From a virus: a stretch of DNA of 64,000 nucleotides. A model generated the notes under the pieces. The model searched no databases and was not told where the DNA came from. It saw only the letters and a list, made by a program, of their open reading frames with translations. Positions 25,248-33,067 of this stretch are shown one piece after another. The translations under genes and the position numbers were made by a program. Each line of letters starts with the position of its first letter. The stretch's first letter is position 1. Location: IMG/VR virus record IMGVR_UViG_3300025732_000019; one strand, given 5' to 3'.

Positions 25248-25422
25248 TGTTCAAGGGGTGTCGTATCCTCTTGAAGTGATATCGCGTGTTGCATACGAAC
25301 CAACCGTGATACCATAAGCCTCAATGACAGGAACGTTGGTGGTGACAGGCGTCATTGAGTATATAGAAACCATCGACGCCGTGGATGCGAGTGCACTTGC
25401 GCCACGGCGTTATTATTTTTTC
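25242..25422 (+). ncRNA. candidate structured ncRNA released by the hammerhead
   Basis: four hairpins, loop-loop complement TCGTAT/ATACGA, terminal hairpin plus U-tract. Confidence 0.6.
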
Positions 25423-25427
25423 TCCCT

Positions 25428-26273
25428 ATGACGACCGCACACGACTATCTCTCACTCATTGGTGATTGGCAGGATCCACTTCCCACACCACATCTCGAAG
25501 AACACGATGGTGTCTTGGTGGTGCGCGACGATCTGCTCGGCGCAGGCTCTAAAGTGCGCTTTCTCGATTATCTCATCGGGCACGATCCATCGAACACTGA
25601 TGTGCGTGAATGGGTTTTCGGCTCATGCCCTGCGACGGGCTACGCGCAGATCAGTCTCCCCGTTGTCTGCGAACGATACCAGAAAAAGGCCGTGCTCTTC
25701 ATGGCGCAACGGGATCCTTCGAAGTTTCATCCATACCAGCATCGCGGTCTTGCGCTCGGCGCCGATTATCGATGGGTGCCAAACGGTATGCTCAGTGTGA
25801 CGCAGAAACGTGCCCGTGATTATGCGAACGACGACCCGATGCATCGTCGTGTGCTCCCTCTTGGGTTGGAGCATCCCACGGTGATCGCCAGCATCATTCG
25901 TGTTGCTCGGAGTCTTCCTATTGTACCTGACGTGGTGTGGACGGTGGGCTCCAGCGGAACACTCTCGCGTGGTCTACAACTTGCATGGCCAGACGCAGAG
26001 GTGCATGTCGTGTCAGTCGGTCACACCATGACGGATCACGAACGCGGTCGAGCGATTCTCCACCGCTCTCCCTACAAGTTTGATAAACCGGTACGCCCGG
26101 AAGATGCACCTCCGTTTCCGAGTGCGCCGACATATGATGCGAAAGCATGGCGGATACTGCTCGATTGGCGACATACTCGCACACAGACACTGACGGTGCC
26201 ATCATCCGGACGTGAAGGCGCATTAAATATTCTCGCACATCAGAAAATTCTTCTCTGGAATGTAGGAGCGTAA
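25428..26273 (+). CDS. PLP-dependent fold-II enzyme (ACC deaminase/D-Cys desulfhydrase-like)
   Basis: VVRDDLL..GSKVR, VGSSGTLSRG, TYDAKAW, LLWNV. Confidence 0.85.
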   Translation: MTTAHDYLSLIGDWQDPLPTPHLEEHDGVLVVRDDLLGAGSKVRFLDYLIGHDPSNTDVREWVFGSCPATGYAQISLPVVCERYQKKAVLFMAQRDPSKFHPYQHRGLALGADYRWVPNGMLSVTQKRARDYANDDPMHRRVLPLGLEHPTVIASIIRVARSLPIVPDVVWTVGSSGTLSRGLQLAWPDAEVHVVSVGHTMTDHERGRAILHRSPYKFDKPVRPEDAPPFPSAPTYDAKAWRILLDWRHTRTQTLTVPSSGREGALNILAHQKILLWNVGA

Positions 26274-26539
26274 TGCGAAAATACTTCACCCGACCGTGTT
26301 TAGAATTAGCAGGTATTGAATTCGCCAGTTACTTCATCATCACGCTGAATACACGAGCAATTGCCTCGGTGAACTATGTGGGTACATTGGTGACAGATAT
26401 TTGCATTGCGGGATTGACGTTCACCGCCGTCAAGCGAATCGCGGAGGCCTCGACACGCGAAGAACAAGTGATGTACGTCGTAGGTGCGGCGCTTGGTGCG
26501 CTGGCAGCGTTGTGGTGTTCGACATTTATTTTTTTGTGA
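26273..26539 (+). CDS. small membrane protein
   Basis: 2-3 hydrophobic segments, TAATG coupling. Confidence 0.7.
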   Translation: MRKYFTRPCLELAGIEFASYFIITLNTRAIASVNYVGTLVTDICIAGLTFTAVKRIAEASTREEQVMYVVGAALGALAALWCSTFIFL

Positions 26540-26551
26540 TATAATTATTCT

Positions 26552-26672
26552 TGTAGCATCATGCTACAGCCGCGCGTCCGACAAGCACGAAAAGTGCCAT
26601 GATGTTCATTCATGCATTATTCGTGTGATGCGTTCCCACCGAGGCGAACCGTTCTGGTTCGCTTCATTCTTT
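26552..26672 (+). ncRNA. candidate small RNA
   Basis: own TGTGATATAAT promoter, nested helices, terminator-like hairpin 26641-26665. Confidence 0.45.
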
Positions 26673-26741
26673 ATGTCTGCTATATAGCAGTGTATGTGGT
26701 AGAATGCGTTATGAATTGTTATTAACTTTTTGGAGTCTTAC

Positions 26742-27602
26742 ATGGCAAAGATTGAAGTACCGATTGAAGAAATCCGCAAGCGCAAATTATTCGTTGCGAC
26801 CCCAATGTACGGCGGCCAGTGCGCGGGCCCATACGCAAAGTCTTGTCTCGATCTGAATGCCGTGTGTATCAAATACGGTGTGCAAGTGCAGTTCTTCTTC
26901 CTTTTCAATGAAAGTCTCATCACTCGCGCTCGAAACTATCTGGTCGATGAGTTTCTCCGTAGTGATGCCACGCATCTGATGTTCATCGATAGTGATATCG
27001 ACTACAACCCGATGGATGTGATTGCCCTCCTTGCGCTGGATAAACCTGTCGCGGGTGGCCCGTATCCGAAGAAGACTATCGCATGGGAAAAGGTCTACGA
27101 CGCCGCGAAGCTCGGTCTTGCTGACGAGAATCCACTGCACCTTGAACAGTATTCCGGCGATTATGTGTTCAATGTCGCGCCCGGCACGAAGGAGATTCGC
27201 CTCGACGAGCCTGTTCCGGTGCTGGAAATCGGTACTGGTTTCATGCTGGTGCGCCGTGATGCATTCGAAAAGTATCGTGAGGCGTATCCAGACTACTCAT
27301 ACAAGCCGGATCACAACCGCACGAAGCACTTCGATGGAAGCCGTGAGATTCATGCGTTCTTCGATACCGTCATCGATCCCGAAACGCGGCGCTACTTGTC
27401 GGAAGACTACATGTTCTGCCAGTGGGCACGAAAGATCGGCATCGAGATCTATCTCTGCCCGTGGATGAAGCTGAAGCACGTGGGCACCTACGTCTTCGGT
27501 GGTTCTTTGGATGCCTTGGCAGGATTGTCGCACAAGCAGCAACAGCAGAACTTCTCCACGCCCGTCGCGAGAGACGCACAGGAAGTCATCAAGCGCGATT
27601 AG
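26742..27602 (+). CDS. GT-A fold glycosyltransferase-like protein
   Basis: VATPMYGG, NESLITRARN, FIDSDI, GTGFM, LSEDYMFC. Confidence 0.85.
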   Translation: MAKIEVPIEEIRKRKLFVATPMYGGQCAGPYAKSCLDLNAVCIKYGVQVQFFFLFNESLITRARNYLVDEFLRSDATHLMFIDSDIDYNPMDVIALLALDKPVAGGPYPKKTIAWEKVYDAAKLGLADENPLHLEQYSGDYVFNVAPGTKEIRLDEPVPVLEIGTGFMLVRRDAFEKYREAYPDYSYKPDHNRTKHFDGSREIHAFFDTVIDPETRRYLSEDYMFCQWARKIGIEIYLCPWMKLKHVGTYVFGGSLDALAGLSHKQQQQNFSTPVARDAQEVIKRD

Positions 27603-27624
27603 CGTCATTGGTGCGCATACGGTT

Positions 27625-28470
27625 ATGATGGAGACTCTGACGCATCCTGTGCAGGTTTTTGGGTTCTGTGGGTTCATTGGCAGCGGTAAGAATGCCGCTG
27701 CTAACGAATTGCTCACGCTCACCAACGGTAAGGAATTGAGCTTCGCTGGCCCACTCAAAGATGCGGTTGCGAAAATCTTTGGGTGGGAGCGGCACATGAT
27801 AGAAGGTGCCACGCCCGCATCTCGCGAATGGCGTGAGACAAAAGACGCGTACTGGTCTGACGTGCTGCGTCGCGATGTGACACCGCGTATGATCCTGCAA
27901 GAAGTTGGCACGAATGTGTTCCGCGAATATCATTCGTCAATCTGGCTCGCGGCCGCGGCGCGTCAACACACACCCCCCATCCCAAGCATCTTTACCGATT
28001 GTCGATTCGGAAACGAACTGCATTGGGTCACCACTCAACAGGGCATGAATATTTGGGTCTATCGACCCGATAGTTTTCCGTTCGATGAGACGACTAATGC
28101 CAGCATTCAAGCGCGGGTACAACGCCGAGATGGGTTGACGAACATGAACATCGACGTGCCCGATTTGCATCTCAGTGAATACGCATTTCTCTCGGAAGGT
28201 GCGCAATTCATTCATGTGGTGGTCGAGAACACAGGTTCCCTTGAAGATCTTCGCGCCGTGCTGTCATCCGTCTATCAGATGTCGCAAGCACCAGATTATC
28301 ACGGCATTCCGTGGCGTGAACGTACTGTGTATGTGCGTACCGAACCAACAGTTACCACAGAGAAAACTGTGTTATGGCAATGGAGGAATCCTGATGGTCG
28401 TATTGCGGGTGTGTTAGAAGCACCCCGATGGTTAGTAAATGATGAAGAAGTTTATGGTCATGGTGTATAA
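27625..28470 (+). CDS. deoxynucleoside monophosphate kinase (gp1-like)
   Basis: GFIGSGK, SFAGPLKD, TPR.ILQ.VGT, DCRF.NE, H.SE. Confidence 0.9.
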   Translation: MMETLTHPVQVFGFCGFIGSGKNAAANELLTLTNGKELSFAGPLKDAVAKIFGWERHMIEGATPASREWRETKDAYWSDVLRRDVTPRMILQEVGTNVFREYHSSIWLAAAARQHTPPIPSIFTDCRFGNELHWVTTQQGMNIWVYRPDSFPFDETTNASIQARVQRRDGLTNMNIDVPDLHLSEYAFLSEGAQFIHVVVENTGSLEDLRAVLSSVYQMSQAPDYHGIPWRERTVYVRTEPTVTTEKTVLWQWRNPDGRIAGVLEAPRWLVNDEEVYGHGV

Positions 28471-28512
28471 TGTCGTGTTAGTATTTCATGTAATTCATGT
28501 GAAGGAGAACCT

Positions 28513-29217
28513 ATGAGCAATGCCGTTGCAAGTGAAACCTATACGTTGACGGATACGACGCTGAAGATCCTGAAGAACTTTTCCGATATCGCGGAGTCTG
28601 CCTCTTTGGTGGAAGGTGACGTGCAGCGTACCACGCATCCCGCAAAGAGTTTGTTGGCGATTGCGACACTGGATACGCCATGGCCGAAGCAGACACCAAT
28701 CTATCAGTTGCGCGAATTCCTGTCGAACGTGTCTGCGTATGAGAAGCCGACGTTGACGTTCGAAGAGACGCAGTTTGTGATTCGTGGCGCGAATAGCCCG
28801 TCGCACGTGGAGTATCCGTATTCGGATCCGTCTGTCGTCATGGCACCACCGTCGAAGGAATTCGTCACATCGAATCCAAAGGCGAAGTTTACGCTGCCTG
28901 AGCATGCGGTGAAGGAAATCAAGAAGTTCTCCGGCATCAACAATCTGCCGACGATTGCGTTTGAGATCGGGAAGTCTTCAGTGATTGTGAAGCCGCATGA
29001 TGAAAAGAATTCTGCGTCTCGCGTGTATTCGTATCCCGTCAACACGAAGGATATCGAGACGTTGAGCGGCGACGAATTCTCCGCGACGATTCGTCGTGAA
29101 CTGTTTGATCTGATTCTGGATGGCACCTATCATGTGAGCGTGAGTTCGTGGCCGTACATCTACATGGAGCATACGACGCTGCCGATTGCGTATCTGATTG
29201 TGCGTAAAGCGCAGTAA
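28513..29217 (+). CDS. 45: sliding clamp
   Basis: T..ILKNFS, IY.L.EFL, Y.YSDPSV; synteny. Confidence 0.9.
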   Translation: MSNAVASETYTLTDTTLKILKNFSDIAESASLVEGDVQRTTHPAKSLLAIATLDTPWPKQTPIYQLREFLSNVSAYEKPTLTFEETQFVIRGANSPSHVEYPYSDPSVVMAPPSKEFVTSNPKAKFTLPEHAVKEIKKFSGINNLPTIAFEIGKSSVIVKPHDEKNSASRVYSYPVNTKDIETLSGDEFSATIRRELFDLILDGTYHVSVSSWPYIYMEHTTLPIAYLIVRKAQ

Positions 29218-29223
29218 CGTCGC

Positions 29224-29316
29224 GCCCCTGTAGTGTAACGGTGAGCACCCGAGGCTTATACCCTCGCAGCCCTAGATGTGGGCGGAGTCTTGGTTCGAAT
29301 CCAAGCGGGGGTACCA
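29224..29316 (+). tRNA. tRNA-Ile(TAT) with long variable arm
   Basis: GCCCCTG/CGGGGGT; CGAGG-CTTATAC-CCTCG; 22-nt variable region with GCCC/GGGC stem; CCA. Confidence 0.88.
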
Positions 29317-29339
29317 TTTGATGATGAGAGGTGAGTATA

Positions 29340-30284
29340 ATGACGCGTGAGTTCTTTGTGTGGGTCGAGCGGTATCGACCCAAAACACTCTCGGAGTGTA
29401 TTCTTCCGCAATCGATCCTTCAAACGCTCGAAGGCATAAAAGCCATGAGCGATACTCCAAACTTGCTGTTGACGGGGAAACCGGGCACGGGTAAAACCAC
29501 CGTCGCCCGGGCCCTCGCCGCAGATCTTGGCATGGATACGTTAGTCATCAACGCGTCAGACGAAAACGGTATTGACGTGTTGCGCACGAAACTCAAAGAG
29601 TATGCGTCGTCGATGTCGCTGGATGGCAAGCGCAAGATGATTATTCTCGACGAAGCAGATTATTTGAATCCGCAATCGACGCAACCCGCACTGCGCTCGT
29701 TCATGGAAGAGTTCTCTTCCACGACCGTATTTGTGTTGACCTGCAATCACAGCAACCGCATCATTGCTCCGCTGCATTCTCGGTGCTCCGTTGTGAACTT
29801 CACCATTCCGAAGGCAGAACGTGCGAATCTGATGGCGCAGTTCGCAAAACGGGCGCTGGAGATTCTTGATACGGAGCACGTCACATACGACAAAGCTCTC
29901 GTACTGGAAGTGTTGCGTCTGTATTTTCCAGACTTTCGTCGTACCCTGAATGAACTTCAGCGATTCAGCGCGACAGGCGCATTGCAATCTGAGATTCTTG
30001 CACAGATTTCGGATAAAGATGTGATGACGCTGATGAAAGCCTTGAGCAGCGCGAACTTCGTCGCTGTGCGCAAGTGGATTAGCGATCACGAAGATGCGGA
30101 TGAAGCCGCGTTCTATCGCATGCTCTCAGAGACGGTGCCAAAGCATGTGAAGCCTGACGAACTTCCCAATATCATTCTGACGATGGCGGATTATAGCTAT
30201 CGTTCCGCGTTCGCTGCAGACAAGTCGCTCAACATGTTGGCATGTCTCGTTGAGATCATGTCGCATATCCATGTGACTGAGTAG
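29340..30284 (+). CDS. 44: clamp loader ATPase subunit
   Basis: WVERYRP, GKPGTGKTT, DEAD, LHSRC, PDFRR. Confidence 0.95.
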   Translation: MTREFFVWVERYRPKTLSECILPQSILQTLEGIKAMSDTPNLLLTGKPGTGKTTVARALAADLGMDTLVINASDENGIDVLRTKLKEYASSMSLDGKRKMIILDEADYLNPQSTQPALRSFMEEFSSTTVFVLTCNHSNRIIAPLHSRCSVVNFTIPKAERANLMAQFAKRALEILDTEHVTYDKALVLEVLRLYFPDFRRTLNELQRFSATGALQSEILAQISDKDVMTLMKALSSANFVAVRKWISDHEDADEAAFYRMLSETVPKHVKPDELPNIILTMADYSYRSAFAADKSLNMLACLVEIMSHIHVTE

Positions 30285-30287
30285 TCT

Positions 30288-30701
30288 ATGGCACAGGGCC
30301 CATTTGAATATGTGGAAGCGGTGTCCCATTCCAAGAATGCGGCACTGCTTGACGCGCCAGATTTCGAGAAGCATTACATTCCCTTTCTGGTGAACCGCGC
30401 ATTCTCCTACCATCACGACACCGTGTTGGCGGCGAACACCATGAACGAGCGTTCATGGCTCGACAAACGTTTACAGTTTTTGTTTTTTCTAAATATTCTC
30501 CGACCGAGAAAACGCTACAGTAAGTGGCTCAAACATCAGGTGTCTGATGATGCGCGATTGGTTGGAGAATACTATGGTTGCAGTTTGCGCCATGCGATCA
30601 CTCTTCTACCCCTCCATACATCAGACCAGTTAACGATTATACGCCAGCGTCTTGATAAAGGCGGCATGGTTTCGACAAAGGGTCGAATGTATGGCACATG
30701 A
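30288..30701 (+). CDS. 62: clamp loader small subunit
   Basis: Y.PFLVNRAFS...AN.MN...RKRYSKW. Confidence 0.93.
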   Translation: MAQGPFEYVEAVSHSKNAALLDAPDFEKHYIPFLVNRAFSYHHDTVLAANTMNERSWLDKRLQFLFFLNILRPRKRYSKWLKHQVSDDARLVGEYYGCSLRHAITLLPLHTSDQLTIIRQRLDKGGMVSTKGRMYGT

Positions 30702-31131
30702 AAAATCATTACCTCCGCACATCGCCGCGATCATAGATCAATGCGTCGAAGTGCGCCTCACATCACCAGACAACTTCTTAAAAGTGAAAGAGACACTGAC
30801 GCGTATTGGCATTGCATCGCGCAAAGATAAGAAACTGTATCAGTCATGCCATATTCTACATAAGCAGGGGCATTACTATATCGTGCATTTCAAGGAACTG
30901 TTCTTGCTGGATGGAAAGATGCAGCAGACGGTATTCGACGATACAGATCGTGCTCGGCGCAATACGATTGCGAACATGCTACAGGAATGGGGCCTGATTA
31001 CCTTGGTGCAGCCCGCACGGGCGCAAGAGCCATTGCTACCAATGAATCAAATTGTGGTACTTCCCTTTCGTGAAAAAAACGAATGGGAGTTGGTCGCGAA
31101 GTATGAGATCGGAAAGCGTCGAACACCTTAA
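30691..31131 (+). CDS. regA: translational repressor RegA
   Basis: FLKVKETLTRIGIAS...LYQSCHILHKQG.YYIVHFKELF. Confidence 0.96.
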   Translation: MAHEKSLPPHIAAIIDQCVEVRLTSPDNFLKVKETLTRIGIASRKDKKLYQSCHILHKQGHYYIVHFKELFLLDGKMQQTVFDDTDRARRNTIANMLQEWGLITLVQPARAQEPLLPMNQIVVLPFREKNEWELVAKYEIGKRRTP

Positions 31132-31138
31132 AGGAGCG

Positions 31139-31642
31139 ATGAATAGTATGGAGCGTTTACGAGTGATACCTATTCCAATCTTTACGCAAACTGTCATGAA
31201 TACGACAGCCGCGATTCCCTCTCGACAGACTACTGAAGCCTACGGATATGACGTGTGTGCATTTCTGCCAGAAGGAGATGTTTCACTTTCTCCTTTGCAA
31301 ATTGTGCGCGTTCGAACGGGGTTGCACGTGGCACTGCCAGAACATTCAAGTTTGCTAGTGTGTAGTCGTAGCGGTTTGGCGGCCAAAGGCGTGCAAGTCA
31401 TCAATGCACCCGGCATTATCGACAGTGATTACCGTAACGAAATTCAGGTGCTTCTAACGCTTATTGCACCTCCTGATGCTCCTGCATTTACTATTACGCA
31501 TGGTCAACGGATCGCACAGTTAGTATATCTTCCGGCATTTGGCATTCCAGACTTTGATGCTGTTACTGCGGCCGCATGGCAAGAACAGCTTCGCGCTCGG
31601 GAACTGTCGCGAGTCGGAGGGTTTGGCTCTACAGGTTCCTGA
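31139..31642 (+). CDS. dut: dUTPase
   Basis: GYD, SRSGLA, GIIDSDYR, RIAQL, R.GGFGSTG. Confidence 0.95.
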   Translation: MNSMERLRVIPIPIFTQTVMNTTAAIPSRQTTEAYGYDVCAFLPEGDVSLSPLQIVRVRTGLHVALPEHSSLLVCSRSGLAAKGVQVINAPGIIDSDYRNEIQVLLTLIAPPDAPAFTITHGQRIAQLVYLPAFGIPDFDAVTAAAWQEQLRARELSRVGGFGSTGS

Positions 31643-31644
31643 TC

Positions 31645-32106
31645 ATGGCGTTTACGTTAAGCGCGACAGGTTTCGATCTCCTCAAACAATTCGAGGGATG
31701 CCGATTGAAAGCCTATCAAGATTCCGCAGGCATTTGGACAATCGGCTACGGTACCGTACGACTCAACGGAAAGCCCGTAGTCGAGGGGCAACGATGTACG
31801 CAGCGCGAAGCCGAGGATGCATTACGAGAGTTTGTTGAGAAGACGGCACGACAACTCGAAGAACAAGTATCCGTGCCGCTTGCGCAAAACCAGATTGACG
31901 CGCTCATTTGCTTTTGCTATAATGTCGGAATATACGCATTTGCAAAATCGTCACTGCGAAGAGCGGTCAATAAGAACGCTCCAGTTTCCGAAGATCTTTT
32001 TGTGCGATGGAATAAAGCACGGGATCCGAAAACACAAACGTTGGTCGAAGTGCCGGGGTTGACAAATCGACGTAAAGCAGAATACACACTTTTTACAAAG
32101 GGTTAG
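31645..32106 (+). CDS. GH24 lysozyme (endolysin)
   Basis: FEG.RL.AY.D..G.WTIGYG; Q.DAL..F.YNVG; GL..RR.AE. Confidence 0.95.
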   Translation: MAFTLSATGFDLLKQFEGCRLKAYQDSAGIWTIGYGTVRLNGKPVVEGQRCTQREAEDALREFVEKTARQLEEQVSVPLAQNQIDALICFCYNVGIYAFAKSSLRRAVNKNAPVSEDLFVRWNKARDPKTQTLVEVPGLTNRRKAEYTLFTKG

Positions 32107-32109
32107 CAT

Positions 32110-32349
32110 ATGTACATCATTGTTACTGTCGTTCTTGTAGGCCTCGCATATTGGTTAGGTGTCAGTGTGACTCGATGGATACTTGAACGCGAACACCAGC
32201 ACATTGAAACATGGCGTGGCATTGAGCAAGTAGAAGAGCGAATCATACGTCGTATGGATGACGAGGTGCGCAATATGCATCGCCGTCTCGACGCCCTCGT
32301 TGAAAACGGGGAGCGAAAGCGATGCGGCTCACAGTGTAATTGTCAGTAA
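32110..32349 (+). CDS. single-TM coiled-coil protein
   Basis: N-terminal TM; follows the lysozyme. Confidence 0.7.
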   Translation: MYIIVTVVLVGLAYWLGVSVTRWILEREHQHIETWRGIEQVEERIIRRMDDEVRNMHRRLDALVENGERKRCGSQCNCQ

Positions 32350-32374
32350 GTTTACCGAATAGGGAGAGAAAACG

Positions 32375-32722
32375 ATGCTCATTGTGTATTGTTTAGGAAT
32401 TATTGCATGCGTAAGTATCGGATATGTTTTTGGCATGCGGATCTGGAATCGAGTTCGTGCGAATCAACGCCTTGACGATGATGATGTTGACTATCGGTTA
32501 GTCGATGAAGAGTTCTATAAGGATTGGCCTGAAGCGTTTGAGTCATGGACGACGCCCGTGACAGATGACACGGATGACACTACGGAACCACCTGCTGCAA
32601 TTCAAACATACGAAAAAGCGCGGAAAACGCAAAAGCGTCTGCAGGAAAAGACGAAAGCAAAGCCTCGAAAGAAAACGGGCAGTAAGAAACCAAAGACGGT
32701 GACAAAGAGGAAGAAGGCATAA
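32375..32722 (+). CDS. single-TM protein with acidic and basic tracts
   Basis: GGGAG RBS; composition. Confidence 0.7.
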   Translation: MLIVYCLGIIACVSIGYVFGMRIWNRVRANQRLDDDDVDYRLVDEEFYKDWPEAFESWTTPVTDDTDDTTEPPAAIQTYEKARKTQKRLQEKTKAKPRKKTGSKKPKTVTKRKKA

Positions 32723-32723
32723 C

Positions 32724-33044
32724 ATGGAGAATACTGTGATTCGTATGTTGCACCTCACCACGGGCGAGGATGTGATCGGTCGTATGCGCCTTGATGATCA
32801 AGGCGTGACATGGTTGGTTGACGATGCAGTGATGCCAAATATGGCTATCGATCCGTCAACAGGAAGTGTGCGTGTGGGATTATTGCCGGTGCGCCCCTAT
32901 GCGGAGACAGATCAGTTGCGGATTTCGACGCTGCATGTAATCTACGACGCGGCGCTGACCGAACAGATGGAAACCGCGTATCGTTCGTATTGCTCGGGTA
33001 TCGTAACATCCGCACCGCCGCTGTCGTCGCTCTTGACGAACTAA
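32724..33044 (+). CDS. conserved T4-like small protein (Sm-like) upstream of the polymerase
   Basis: L.TGEDVIG motif; synteny. Confidence 0.7.
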   Translation: MENTVIRMLHLTTGEDVIGRMRLDDQGVTWLVDDAVMPNMAIDPSTGSVRVGLLPVRPYAETDQLRISTLHVIYDAALTEQMETAYRSYCSGIVTSAPPLSSLLTN

Positions 33045-33067
33045 CGTGATTGCAGTATCATTAGTAG

